55,242 bases of DNA from a virus. Below the pieces are notes generated by a model. The model was not told the DNA's origin, ran no database searches, and worked only from the letters and a program-made list of their open reading frames with translations. The position numbers and the translations under genes are program-made. Positions 30,783 to 39,257 of the stretch are shown one piece after another. Position 1 is the stretch's first letter. Every line of letters starts with the position of its first letter. The stretch lies in the IMG/VR virus record IMGVR_UViG_3300037423_000380; one strand, written 5' to 3'.

Positions 30783-31984
30783 TGGAGCAACTCACCACCA
30801 CAGCCCCTCTCGGGACTCGCCAGGGCAAGGTCATGAACTACGCCTCGATCCTGGAGCCGAACACCGAGGATCAGGCACGGCTCCTATCCACGATGCCGTT
30901 CGTGTTCCCGCACGTGGCCCTCATGCCCGACGCGCATCTCGGCAAGGGCGCGACTGTCGGCTCGGTCATCCCGACCTCCGGTGCCATCATCCCGGCTGCG
31001 GTCGGGGTGGACATCGGCTGCGGCATGATCGCCAAGCGGACCAGCTACACGATGGACGACGTGTCCGGGCTCAACCGACGAGTGCTGCGGGAGGCTATCG
31101 AGGACGCTATTCCGCTCAGCGCCGGCAAGTACAACCAGGAGCGATACGGCAGCGGGACCGACCGTCGCGTCTTCGAGTTGGAGCTCCATGCAGATCAGGC
31201 TGGGTTCAACCCCTATCAGTACGCCGGCAACTGGGATCTCCAGCTCGGCTCTCTCGGCAGCGGCAACCACTTCATCGAGGTCAGCAAGGATCAGGACGAC
31301 TACCTCTGGCTGTTCCTCCATTCGGGCAGCCGGGGCGTCGGCAACAAGATCGCGCAGCACCACATCAAGATGGCGCAGCGGCTCATGGAGCAGTTCTTCA
31401 TCGACCTGCCCGACCGTGACCTCGCCTACCTGCCTGAAGGGACCAACGAGTTCTGGGCGTACATCCGAGAGCTCCGGTGGGCGCAGGACTTCGCTCGCCT
31501 GAACCGGGAGGAGATGATGGAGCGGGTCGAGCACTGCTTCTCGGCATGGGTCGGCAACTCCGAGCTCGGCATCACGCACGAGGTCAACTGTCACCACAAC
31601 TACACCGAACAGGAGCGCCACTTCGGCAGGGATGTGTGGCTCAGCCGCAAGGGTGCGATCTCGGCCAAGGCGGGGGAGTGGGGCCTGATCCCCGGCTCGA
31701 TGGGCACTCGCTCGTACGTCGTCCAAGGCAAGGGCAACGCTCTCTCGCTCAACTCGGCTCCGCATGGTGCCGGCCGGCAGTACAGCCGCTCGGCTGCTCG
31801 CAAGGCGTTCGGCGTCGATGACCTGCGGGCCGCGATGGGTGACATCGAGTACCGAGACACCGATGCGTTCGTGGACGAGATCCCCGCGGCCTACAAGGAC
31901 ATCGACGTGGTGATGAACGACGCCGCTGACCTCGTGGAGATCCGCTACGAGCTGAGCCAGATCGTCAACGTGAAGGGGGACTGA
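30782..31984 (+). CDS. rtcB: RtcB RNA 3'-phosphate/5'-OH ligase
   Basis: PDAHLGKGATVGSVIPT, GVDIGCGM, GSGNHFIE, HSGSRGVGN, NCHHNY, PGSMG and SAPHGAGR are the conserved RtcB metal and GMP-His motifs. The start may instead be ATG 30833 (MNYAS...). Confidence 0.93.
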   Translation: MEQLTTTAPLGTRQGKVMNYASILEPNTEDQARLLSTMPFVFPHVALMPDAHLGKGATVGSVIPTSGAIIPAAVGVDIGCGMIAKRTSYTMDDVSGLNRRVLREAIEDAIPLSAGKYNQERYGSGTDRRVFELELHADQAGFNPYQYAGNWDLQLGSLGSGNHFIEVSKDQDDYLWLFLHSGSRGVGNKIAQHHIKMAQRLMEQFFIDLPDRDLAYLPEGTNEFWAYIRELRWAQDFARLNREEMMERVEHCFSAWVGNSELGITHEVNCHHNYTEQERHFGRDVWLSRKGAISAKAGEWGLIPGSMGTRSYVVQGKGNALSLNSAPHGAGRQYSRSAARKAFGVDDLRAAMGDIEYRDTDAFVDEIPAAYKDIDVVMNDAADLVEIRYELSQIVNVKGD

Positions 31985-31988
31985 GCCA

Positions 31989-32141
31989 GTGAAGATCCAC
32001 AACCAGCTCGGCGGCGTGCAGTACGAGCTCACGGAGATCAACGTTGCCCTGACGCGGATCGCCTACAGCCTGGAGAGGATGGTGGCGGTGGCCGAGCTGG
32101 TCACTTTGCCACTCATGATCGCCAAGCGGCTCGTCCGGTGA
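31989..32141 (+). CDS. Possible 50-aa protein
   Basis: GTG start after GGGGGAC; VKIHNQLGGVQYELTEINVALTRIAYSLERMVAVAELVTLPLMIAKRLVR. It is the last ORF of the plus-strand block. Confidence 0.35.
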   Translation: MKIHNQLGGVQYELTEINVALTRIAYSLERMVAVAELVTLPLMIAKRLVR

Positions 32142-32198
32142 CGCCTGAGGAGTGGGTCCGTCAGCAGTTGGCCGGCGCGCCCGCCCCCTCTCGGCGGC

Positions 32199-33614
32199 TC
32201 ATGCAGGATCTCGCCACACTACGGACACCCGCCTCGGATCGAACACCCGCGCAGATCCCTCGGCACGCGGCTTGACGTAGATCGCGTCGAAGACCCGCTC
32301 CACGTAGGCGCGGCGCTGAGCATCGCTCATCTCCTCGCTCCACTCATCAACACCGATCGCGGCAGAGGCCGGGACTGTGGTTCTCGCGAGCCACTCGTCC
32401 CGGCCTTGCTGCATCTCAGCCAACTCCTTCTCGATCGCCTCGACCATCGGGAACACGCGCTTCGCAGTGAGCGTCCCGTCCTGGAACGCCTGCATCAGCT
32501 CCGCGATCTGCTCCTCCTTCGCCTGGATGTCGTCCGCGAAGGGGTCTGACAACGATTGCGGGGCAACCTCAGGGCCTTGCGCCACGTAGGCGACCACGAG
32601 GTCCGACACCATCTTGTCGAGCCGCACGCCAGCGATGCTGACGCTGTGCGTGTTGGCCGACTCTGACTTGTGGCAGGCATAGAAGTACGAGCCGTCGTTT
32701 CGAGAGTTGCCGTACATCCGTCCGTTGCACACGCCACAGCGCAGCACGCCGGATAGCAGGAACTTCCGGGCGCCAGGGTGCTTGCGCTTCCCTGAGGGCC
32801 TGACGATCAACTGGAGCCGGTCGTAGGTCTCCTCATCGAGCAGCGGCTCCCACGCGCCCATGACCGGCTGGCCGAACTTGTCGACGTGGACCTCGCGCTT
32901 GTAGGTGCGGGCTCCGTAGAGCCTCGGGTTCTTGAGGTAGTTCTTGAAGGTGGTGACTGTCCACTCGTTGCCCTGAGCGGTGCGCACGCCGGACCTATTC
33001 CAGTCGCGTACGACGGAGGAGAACGAGTCGCCGGCAAACAGCCGCTCGATCGCGGCCTTGACGTGAGCGGCCTCGCTTGGGTCGAGCGTCACCTTGTCCT
33101 TCTTCCAGCCGAAGGGCCGGTGACCGAGAGCCTTGCCTTGATCGGCACTGGCTCGGTGAGCGCGGGCCACACGCTCTCCGGTGCGCTCTGCCTCGGCAGT
33201 GTCAGCCACTCCCTTGAACCGAGCAACCATCCGGCCATCAGCGGTCGCGAGGTTGTCCTCGCCCGAGACCATCGTCAAGAACCGGAGCGGCCTGCCCATC
33301 TTCTGCCGATGCTCGAAGAGTTGGATGATCCCCTCAAGCTCCATCGGCCTGCGAGTGAGCCGGCTGTTCGAGTAGGCCACGATCGCGTCGAACTCACCGT
33401 CCCATGCTCGACGCATCATCTCGTCGTACGACGGCCGGGTCTTCTTGGTCCGGGTCGACGCGCCGATGTCGTTGTCACTGAACGACGCCACGATGGTGAG
33501 ATCGTGTCGTTCGGCGAGGGCGAGGTTATCCTCGTGCTGGCGGTCGACTCCGACCTCAAGGCCCTCGCGGTCCAGGCTGATCCGCGTGTACTCAGCGGCC
33601 TCGGAGCTCTGCAT
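32199..33614 (-). CDS. int: Large serine recombinase (integrase)
   Basis: Start at M34 of the track ORF. N-terminal resolvase-type catalytic domain (AEYTRISLDRE...), then a recombinase domain, a zinc-ribbon-like CGVCNGRMYG...YACHK and a coiled-coil tail; 471 aa. Confidence 0.9.
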   Translation of the reverse strand: MQSSEAAEYTRISLDREGLEVGVDRQHEDNLALAERHDLTIVASFSDNDIGASTRTKKTRPSYDEMMRRAWDGEFDAIVAYSNSRLTRRPMELEGIIQLFEHRQKMGRPLRFLTMVSGEDNLATADGRMVARFKGVADTAEAERTGERVARAHRASADQGKALGHRPFGWKKDKVTLDPSEAAHVKAAIERLFAGDSFSSVVRDWNRSGVRTAQGNEWTVTTFKNYLKNPRLYGARTYKREVHVDKFGQPVMGAWEPLLDEETYDRLQLIVRPSGKRKHPGARKFLLSGVLRCGVCNGRMYGNSRNDGSYFYACHKSESANTHSVSIAGVRLDKMVSDLVVAYVAQGPEVAPQSLSDPFADDIQAKEEQIAELMQAFQDGTLTAKRVFPMVEAIEKELAEMQQGRDEWLARTTVPASAAIGVDEWSEEMSDAQRRAYVERVFDAIYVKPRAEGSARVFDPRRVSVVWRDPA

Positions 33615-33660
33615 GGTTACACAATACCCATCGAGACGAGCATTGCGTAGCCATGTATGG

Positions 33661-33810
33661 CTAGCGGACGATCGCCTCGGTCTTCGAGACGACCTCGATC
33701 CGCTTGGCGTCACCCTTGGCGAGCTGGATGGCGGTCGCCTTCACGTCAGGGTGCAGAGCGTTGATGCTGGTGCGCTTGACGACGACCCGAGATGACTTCG
33801 ACTTAGGCAT
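33661..33810 (-). CDS. Possible 49-aa protein upstream of the integrase
   Basis: MPKSKSSRVVVKRTSINALHPDVKATAIQLAKGDAKRIEVVSKTEAIVR. Codon usage looks coding but there is no clear SD. Confidence 0.35.
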   Translation of the reverse strand: MPKSKSSRVVVKRTSINALHPDVKATAIQLAKGDAKRIEVVSKTEAIVR

Positions 33811-33952
33811 GGCTCGAAGGATATCGGGCTGGCTCTCTTGGCAAAGAGAAGGTAAAGTCCCGCACTGCGGGAGCCGCTGGACCCGAGGGCTTTCTGAATC
33901 AGCACATTCGGACTACTCCCACCTGGCGGCTCCCGCACTCGAACGCAAAGAA

Positions 33953-33985
33953 AGCCCCCCACCCTCGCGATGAGGATGGGGGGCT
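33953..33985. terminator. Bidirectional intrinsic terminator
   Basis: AGCCCCCCA / TGGGGGGCT, a 9-bp stem flanked by AAA on one side and CTTT on the other. Confidence 0.6.
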
Positions 33986-34003
33986 CTTTGTAGGATGGGG
34001 CTT

Positions 34004-34051
34004 GAGGGACAGGGGTCCTGACACTGTGGTGGTGACTGCCCCCTGTCCCTC
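34004..34051 (-). terminator. Hairpin terminator after the EEP nuclease gene
   Basis: GAGGGACAGGGG / CCCCTGTCCCTC, a 12-bp stem ending 3 nt from the stop at 34055. Confidence 0.6.
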
Positions 34052-34054
34052 GCC

Positions 34055-34783
34055 TCACTTCCGCTTCAGCTTGAACGTCACGACGTGAGCGTTGTGGTCC
34101 GAGCGGTTCTTCACGATGCGGTGCTTGACGGCACGAAGCCACTTCCGCGCCCGGAAGAGGATGTCGTCAATGGTCCGGTGACCGTGGGTCTCCAGCCAGC
34201 CGAGCTCGATCATGACGCTCTGCCAGCCGTTGTCCCGCCAGACCTGCATCGACTTGTCGTCGGGCTCGGCGTTCCAGTCGGCACAGATGAACGTCGCCGC
34301 GAGGAAGTCGTCCATCTCGTCCTCGGCCATCGCGTTCATCAACATGGCCGCACGCAGGCGAGCGGCGTTGTACTGGCTCGGGACCACGTGGGTGGCTCCG
34401 ATGATCACTCGCCGGCCAGATGCCTTGTGGTGCAGCACGGCGACGTGCAGCCACTTTGGCTTGTTGTGGTCCGGGCCGGCACCCTTGCCGATGTACTGCT
34501 TCTCCAGCAGCTCGACGGAGTAGGTCCGTCGCACGTCGACCGTCTTCGGGTTGACGCAGATGAAGACAGCGGCCTGACCAGGCTCGGCATCCGGGTCGAT
34601 GACGACGTAGCCGGCCTTGCGCAGAGCGTCCTTCATCTCGCTCTGGTCGGACGCCTCCTGGAAACAGAGGACGTCGCACATCGCCATCAGGGCGAGCGCG
34701 TTCTCGATCGTTCCGGGACCGACGTTCCAGGTGCCGATGGTGAACTTGTTCCAGCGGCGGATCAGATTCTTCAGTCGTCGCAC
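34055..34783 (-). CDS. Endonuclease/exonuclease/phosphatase (EEP, DNase I-like) family protein
   Basis: TWNVGPG near the N-terminus, LCFQE, ICADWN, and C-terminal SDHNAH, the order of EEP catalytic motifs. GTG start with SD AAGGGAGG. Confidence 0.6.
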   Translation of the reverse strand: MRRLKNLIRRWNKFTIGTWNVGPGTIENALALMAMCDVLCFQEASDQSEMKDALRKAGYVVIDPDAEPGQAAVFICVNPKTVDVRRTYSVELLEKQYIGKGAGPDHNKPKWLHVAVLHHKASGRRVIIGATHVVPSQYNAARLRAAMLMNAMAEDEMDDFLAATFICADWNAEPDDKSMQVWRDNGWQSVMIELGWLETHGHRTIDDILFRARKWLRAVKHRIVKNRSDHNAHVVTFKLKRK

Positions 34784-34822
34784 GACTGACCTCCCTTGAG
34801 GTAGGTGTGATGGGGGAGCGGG

Positions 34823-36445
34823 TCAGATCCCGCAGACGCCTCCGACGCACGCGGAGTCGGCTCCGAACTCCTCGAACTCCAGGCCCTCGAACTCAGCGGC
34901 CTCGGCGTAGGTGCAGACGTTGAGCGGCTGTCCGCCGCGGGCACCATCGGGGTACATGGTCACGCCACGCAGACCCTCGATGTTGCGGAGCAGGATCTTG
35001 CCGAACTCGGCGGTCGTGAACCGCTGGTCCTCGTACGCCGGCAGGTTCAGCGTGCTGCTGATGCCGTGATCGACGTACTTCTGAACGAAGACCTGGAAGG
35101 CCAACCGCCGCTCCGGGTCGCTGGCGAGGTCGTACGCCGTCTCCAGCTCGTCCGGGTGGATGCCGTACTTGTCGGACAGCCGCTTCGCTGTGGCGTCGAT
35201 GACGTACTGGAAGTGCCACTTGTCGCCCTTGAGATAGCGGCGCTTGTAGGCCACGGCAAACAGCGGCTCGATGCCGGTGGTCGTCTCCGCGAGGATGCCG
35301 ATGGTGCCGGTCGGGGCGATGGCTCGCACCTTGATCGGCTTCGAGATCCCGAGCACGTTGGAGTAGTGCTCTGCTGCGAAGTCGCTGCCGTCGCGGTAGA
35401 CCGCCAGCCACTCAGCGAGCTCGTCGTTGGGCTCGTAGCGGTAGCCACGGGCGACCAGCCACTCGTAGATCCCCATGAGGCCGAGGCCGAGGCGCCGGTT
35501 CTTCTGCCGGGTCTGCGCGACCTGCTCGTACGGCACGGTGGAGTAGAGCGTGCCGGCCAGCAGGAAGGCGGTCCCGAGGGACACGAGGTCGTTGAACTCG
35601 GAGAGCGTCTCAACCTGAGCCATGTTGATCGAGCCGAGGTTGCAGATGTCGTTGTCGTCGGAGGATGTGACCTCGGTGCAGGCGTTGCGCAGGTGCTCGC
35701 CAGCGTTCTCTCCGATGTCGACGGAGAAGCCAGGCTCGCCCGTCTTAAGGCCCTTCTCGACAGCGGTCCAGAAGACCGTCTGAGCGAGGTCGTGGTCCTC
35801 GTGCAGCAGGTCGTAGTACGCCTCAAAGAAGGCGTCGTCCAGGATGACGCTGATGTTGGTCATGTCCATCGGGGCGTAGGCGTTGAAGTCGTTCGCCTTG
35901 GCCTCAACGATGTGCTCGGGCCAGTCCTTGAGGGCCATGAACTCAAACACGTCGGGGTGGTTCCAGTGCAGGCCGGCCCAGATCGCTGCACGGCGGCTGC
36001 CGCCCTGCATGATGCCTCGGCCGATCTCATTGACGGTCTGCATGAAGGCGGTCGGGCCGGTGGACTCACCGCCCATGCCCCTGACCGGGAAGCCCCGGCC
36101 GCGGAGCTTCGACCAGACGATCCCGACGCCGGCACCAGTCATGAGGCCCGAGGCCACACGCTCGTACAGGTCGGAGATCGACTCGCGGTTGTCCTCGACG
36201 GTGAGGAGCAGGCAGTTCTGGGTCTGGTGGAACGGCATCCCGGCGTTGGCCAGGTAGCGGCCACCGGGCATGAACTTGCGGGCGATGACGGCCTCGATCG
36301 TGGGCTCCACCAGCTCGGGCAGGTAGTCGCCCATCACCGAGGTCACGACGCGAGCAGCGATGTCCTGCCATGTCTGGTCGCCGTTGCGGAGGTACTTCTG
36401 CCGCATCACAGTCTCGGCGAAGGGGGACATCTCGGGAGTGCTCAT
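34823..36445 (-). CDS. nrdJ: Ribonucleotide reductase, class II (B12-dependent, monomeric type)
   Basis: NACTEV active-site Cys/Glu, CNLGSINM, and a C-terminal redox pair CVGGVCGI; 540 aa with no adjacent small subunit. Confidence 0.75.
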   Translation of the reverse strand: MSTPEMSPFAETVMRQKYLRNGDQTWQDIAARVVTSVMGDYLPELVEPTIEAVIARKFMPGGRYLANAGMPFHQTQNCLLLTVEDNRESISDLYERVASGLMTGAGVGIVWSKLRGRGFPVRGMGGESTGPTAFMQTVNEIGRGIMQGGSRRAAIWAGLHWNHPDVFEFMALKDWPEHIVEAKANDFNAYAPMDMTNISVILDDAFFEAYYDLLHEDHDLAQTVFWTAVEKGLKTGEPGFSVDIGENAGEHLRNACTEVTSSDDNDICNLGSINMAQVETLSEFNDLVSLGTAFLLAGTLYSTVPYEQVAQTRQKNRRLGLGLMGIYEWLVARGYRYEPNDELAEWLAVYRDGSDFAAEHYSNVLGISKPIKVRAIAPTGTIGILAETTTGIEPLFAVAYKRRYLKGDKWHFQYVIDATAKRLSDKYGIHPDELETAYDLASDPERRLAFQVFVQKYVDHGISSTLNLPAYEDQRFTTAEFGKILLRNIEGLRGVTMYPDGARGGQPLNVCTYAEAAEFEGLEFEEFGADSACVGGVCGI

Positions 36446-36579
36446 TGGTAGGGGTGGGTCTCCTTGTCAGGTCGTAGGTAGGTGGGGATCTCGCCGCACG
36501 CTCCGCATCGACCTCGGCCACCAACGGCCAAGATCCATTCGCGGCAGCAGATGCCGATGTAGGTGGCGACCTTGTGCAT
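36442..36579 (-). CDS. 45-aa Cys-rich peptide
   Basis: MHKVATYIGICCREWILAVGGRGRCGACGEIPTYLRPDKETHPYQ; ATGA overlap with the nrdJ start and TGATG overlap upstream. Confidence 0.45.
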   Translation of the reverse strand: MHKVATYIGICCREWILAVGGRGRCGACGEIPTYLRPDKETHPYQ

Positions 36580-36773
36580 CACCACCACCGCCTCTGCTGG
36601 ATGAGCGGGCGGCAGTAGTGCGGCCAGAACCAGGCGGTGAGCCAGGCCCAGCCGATCGTGAAGCGGATGACGCCGACGTGCGGGCGGGTTGTCGAGCAGA
36701 TGGTCGACTTATGGAGGCGGTGCCTGATGTAGTTGACGATCAGGCCGGCGATGACGAGGAGCAGACCGGGCAT
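36579..36773 (-). CDS. Small membrane protein (64 aa)
   Basis: Track ORF; N-terminal hydrophobic helix, Trp-rich C part. Confidence 0.5.
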   Translation of the reverse strand: MPGLLLVIAGLIVNYIRHRLHKSTICSTTRPHVGVIRFTIGWAWLTAWFWPHYCRPLIQQRRWW

Positions 36774-36881
36774 CTAGTCCTCACCGCGCTCCAGGTGCGG
36801 GTCGTCCAGGAGGCAGCGGCTGTCGCACATGTCGCTCGACAGCGGGCAGTCCTCGTGGGTGATCGAGAAGCAGGCGGGCAT
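36774..36881 (-). CDS. 35-aa Cys-rich peptide
   Basis: MPACFSITHEDCPLSSDMCDSRCLLDDPHLERGED; it abuts both neighbouring genes with no gap. Confidence 0.4.
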   Translation of the reverse strand: MPACFSITHEDCPLSSDMCDSRCLLDDPHLERGED

Positions 36882-37187
36882 TCAGACCACCGCCTCTCGG
36901 AACTCCTCGCGCAGCAGCATCAGGCCGAGCGACTGATGGAGATGCGGATTGCTCCACATGTCCTCCGAGACGTACAGGTTCAGGAGCGTCCCGAAGAACG
37001 TCACGCGCATCAGGCTGTAGCGGACGGGGCGCCCGACCGTGTACCCGAGCACCTGCGCGGCGTTGAAGTTGATCGAGTCGTTGAGGAGCTCTCCGAGGTC
37101 GGTGACCTCATTGGCAATCACCACTCCGGGGCGGTTGACCTCCCGGATATCGCCGCTCCACGGCCCGCCGACGAACAGGGCCTTCAC
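36882..37187 (-). CDS. Hypothetical protein (101 aa)
   Basis: GTG 37187 (GTGA overlap); VKALFVGGPWSGDIREVN... The track ORF extended to 38135 is off-frame sequence. Confidence 0.55.
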   Translation of the reverse strand: MKALFVGGPWSGDIREVNRPGVVIANEVTDLGELLNDSINFNAAQVLGYTVGRPVRYSLMRVTFFGTLLNLYVSEDMWSNPHLHQSLGLMLLREEFREAVV

Positions 37188-37900
37188 GCCTCGACCCCGT
37201 TCAGCTCGTACCAGTAGCCGCCGTTGAGCCGAGCGGTGATCTTGCCGACCGCGTTCTCGATGCGCTTCTGGATGGTCTGTTGGGTGACGTTCTGGTTGAA
37301 GGCGATCTGCTTCTGCGTCCAGCCCATGCCGTAGGCGAGGAGGACGGCGATCCGCTCCTTCTGGGTGAGCGGGGTCTTCTCCCAGCCGGTCTTGATGTCC
37401 GCGATGTAGGCGGCGAGGTTGTTGCCCCGCGCCTTGTTGGTCGAGCCCTTCGGCATGTCCGGGTCCGGGGCGTCGTCCCGTGCCGGCATCCCATAGGAGT
37501 AGGACTCGTCCCACACGGCCGGCAGCAGGCTCTCCACGGACTCGCGGGTGTAGTCGTCGGCCAGCGTCTCGATGACGACGTAGGGCGTGATGTAGCCGCC
37601 CTCCTCGTCGGCACCCTGCGCCTCGCGCAGAGCGTCGTACGACACGTTCTTCTGAGCCCGTCGCACCGTGGTGTCGAGCATGTCCGTCAGGTCGAGTTCG
37701 AGCTGGTGCTGGAGGTAGCCGTAGTTCTCGTCCTCGATGGCCCGCTGGTGGTCGCCGCGGGTGGCGACCATGATGTGCGCCTCCTGGACCAGATCGTCCA
37801 GCTCGCTGTACTGCGCGTACCTCTTGTGGATGCGTCGTGCTGCCTGGTTGACGACATCGTTGGCGGTCGCATTGTCGGTGTAGGTGAAGTTCCCTCTCAC
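37184..37900 (-). CDS. Sigma-70-family-like transcription factor (region 2 and region 4 HTH)
   Basis: DDLVQEAHIMV (region-2-like) and LTQKERIAVLLAYGMGWTQKQIAFNQNVTQQTIQKRIENAVGKI (region-4/LuxR-type HTH). GTG start 7 nt after GAGGAGG. Confidence 0.5.
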   Translation of the reverse strand: MRGNFTYTDNATANDVVNQAARRIHKRYAQYSELDDLVQEAHIMVATRGDHQRAIEDENYGYLQHQLELDLTDMLDTTVRRAQKNVSYDALREAQGADEEGGYITPYVVIETLADDYTRESVESLLPAVWDESYSYGMPARDDAPDPDMPKGSTNKARGNNLAAYIADIKTGWEKTPLTQKERIAVLLAYGMGWTQKQIAFNQNVTQQTIQKRIENAVGKITARLNGGYWYELNGVEA

Positions 37901-37912
37901 TTTGATACCTCC

Positions 37913-39088
37913 TCAGTTGATCGTGTGCTTGATGGGCGTGCGACCGCCCTTGGTGATGGCTGTGATGAGGCCGGGGTTGCCCTGCGCTCCGTGGATGTGC
38001 CGGTACCACGTCGACTCGGACTCCAGCGCCGGGACCTGGATGAAGTCGTCGGTCATCAGGGTCGTGTGGTTGTGCCCAGCGACGAGTAGGTGAGCCGGTA
38101 GGCCCTCTCTGCCGAACTCCTGGCCCTTCCACCACTCCAAGTAGGCGTCCTTCTTCGTTCCGAACTTGTGGCCGTGGGCGTGGAGGATGCGAGTGCCGGC
38201 GACCTCTGTCTGCACGGTGAGCTCGTCAGTGTCGGGCACGTAGAACGACACGTGCTCGAAGCCGGGGACATCCAGAGCCTTGATGGTGTTGTGGATGCCG
38301 ATGAGCGTCTCGGTGTCGTGGCTGTCGTCGTACCGGGTCGTACCCTTGCCCTCGAACCGCACCGGCTCGCCGTGGTTGCCGGGAACAGCGACCATCGTGA
38401 CCCTCGCGGCCAGCTGGGAGAACGTCTTGAGCGCGTGCAGCATGACGGCCTGGGTGAGCCGGATCTGCTCGTTGAGTGTGAGCACCGTGCGGAACACGTT
38501 GGCCCCACCCTGAGAGACGAAGCCCTCGATGTGGTCACCGAGCCACGCGATGTGGATGTGGCCGATGTCGAACCACTGGCGGTACATCAGCAGCGCGTCA
38601 GCGGCTCGGTCGATGCACCGGATCGTCCTAGCGAGGGTGCCAGCAGGTCCGTCGCCGTCGATCTTGCCGAACTGCATGTCACCGATGAGCACCAGGAAGC
38701 CGTGGGAGCCCTCTGGGCGCACGAGAACAGGCTCGTAGTCCGAGAGTGCCGCCAGAGCGTCCGCGACGGCCTGTGAGGCGTCGATGTGGGCGTCATGGCG
38801 CCTGTAGGTGAACCGCACACTCTGTCGGAGGTTGTCACCCTGCTCCCACTCTGACTTGCGGAAGCCGGTGACCTCCCACTCGGACGGGTTGAGGCCCTCG
38901 TCCTCCAGGAAGCGCAGGCCGGCGCCCTCGTGGGCGTCCTCGTAATCCACGACGGCCTCGATGGTCGCGGTGGAGCCGCTGACGGTGACTTCCTTGGTCA
39001 TGTCCTCGGGCTTCGCTGTCCGCTTGGGCATCGTCGGGCCGACCGGCTTGGTCAGCAGCTCTGCGAGCAGGTCGTCATCGAGCGCCAT
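37913..39088 (-). CDS. Metallophosphoesterase (Mre11/SbcD-like fold)
   Basis: LIGDMQFG, WLGDHIEG, VPGNHG, HAHGHKF and VAGHNHT are the calcineurin-like phosphoesterase motif series. Confidence 0.7.
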   Translation of the reverse strand: MALDDDLLAELLTKPVGPTMPKRTAKPEDMTKEVTVSGSTATIEAVVDYEDAHEGAGLRFLEDEGLNPSEWEVTGFRKSEWEQGDNLRQSVRFTYRRHDAHIDASQAVADALAALSDYEPVLVRPEGSHGFLVLIGDMQFGKIDGDGPAGTLARTIRCIDRAADALLMYRQWFDIGHIHIAWLGDHIEGFVSQGGANVFRTVLTLNEQIRLTQAVMLHALKTFSQLAARVTMVAVPGNHGEPVRFEGKGTTRYDDSHDTETLIGIHNTIKALDVPGFEHVSFYVPDTDELTVQTEVAGTRILHAHGHKFGTKKDAYLEWWKGQEFGREGLPAHLLVAGHNHTTLMTDDFIQVPALESESTWYRHIHGAQGNPGLITAITKGGRTPIKHTIN

Positions 39089-39257
39089 CGCGCACCTTCT
39101 TTCGGAAGTCCTTCACGGTGGACGCGCCTACGGGGTGGCCGGCGCGGGTCAGCCAGTCGGCCAGCCACGCTGCGGATGTCCCGCCTCGGACGTGGGCGAG
39201 GAAGGCTTCACGCGCTTCCCCACCCACGGCATCGAGGGCGGCGTCGACCTTGCTCAC
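39075..39257 (-). CDS. Small HTH-like protein (60 aa)
   Basis: GTGA overlap with the MazG stop; [28 protein letters not shown]. Confidence 0.45.
   Translation of the reverse strand: MSKVDAALDAVGGEAREAFLAHVRGGTSAAWLADWLTRAGHPVGASTVKDFRKKVRDGAR

Noticed and set aside
33704-33973. 89-aa plus-strand ORF in the int-upstream gap
   Set aside because: It has no SD and low-complexity composition, and it runs through a terminator hairpin and the inverted repeats. The minus-strand 49-aa ORF fits codon bias better, and even that is low confidence.
36882-38135. 417-aa minus-strand ORF spanning the sigma-like gene region
   Set aside because: Only its last 101 codons (36882..37187) look coding. Upstream it overlaps the better-supported frame 37184..37900 and is Arg/Pro/Gly/His-rich.
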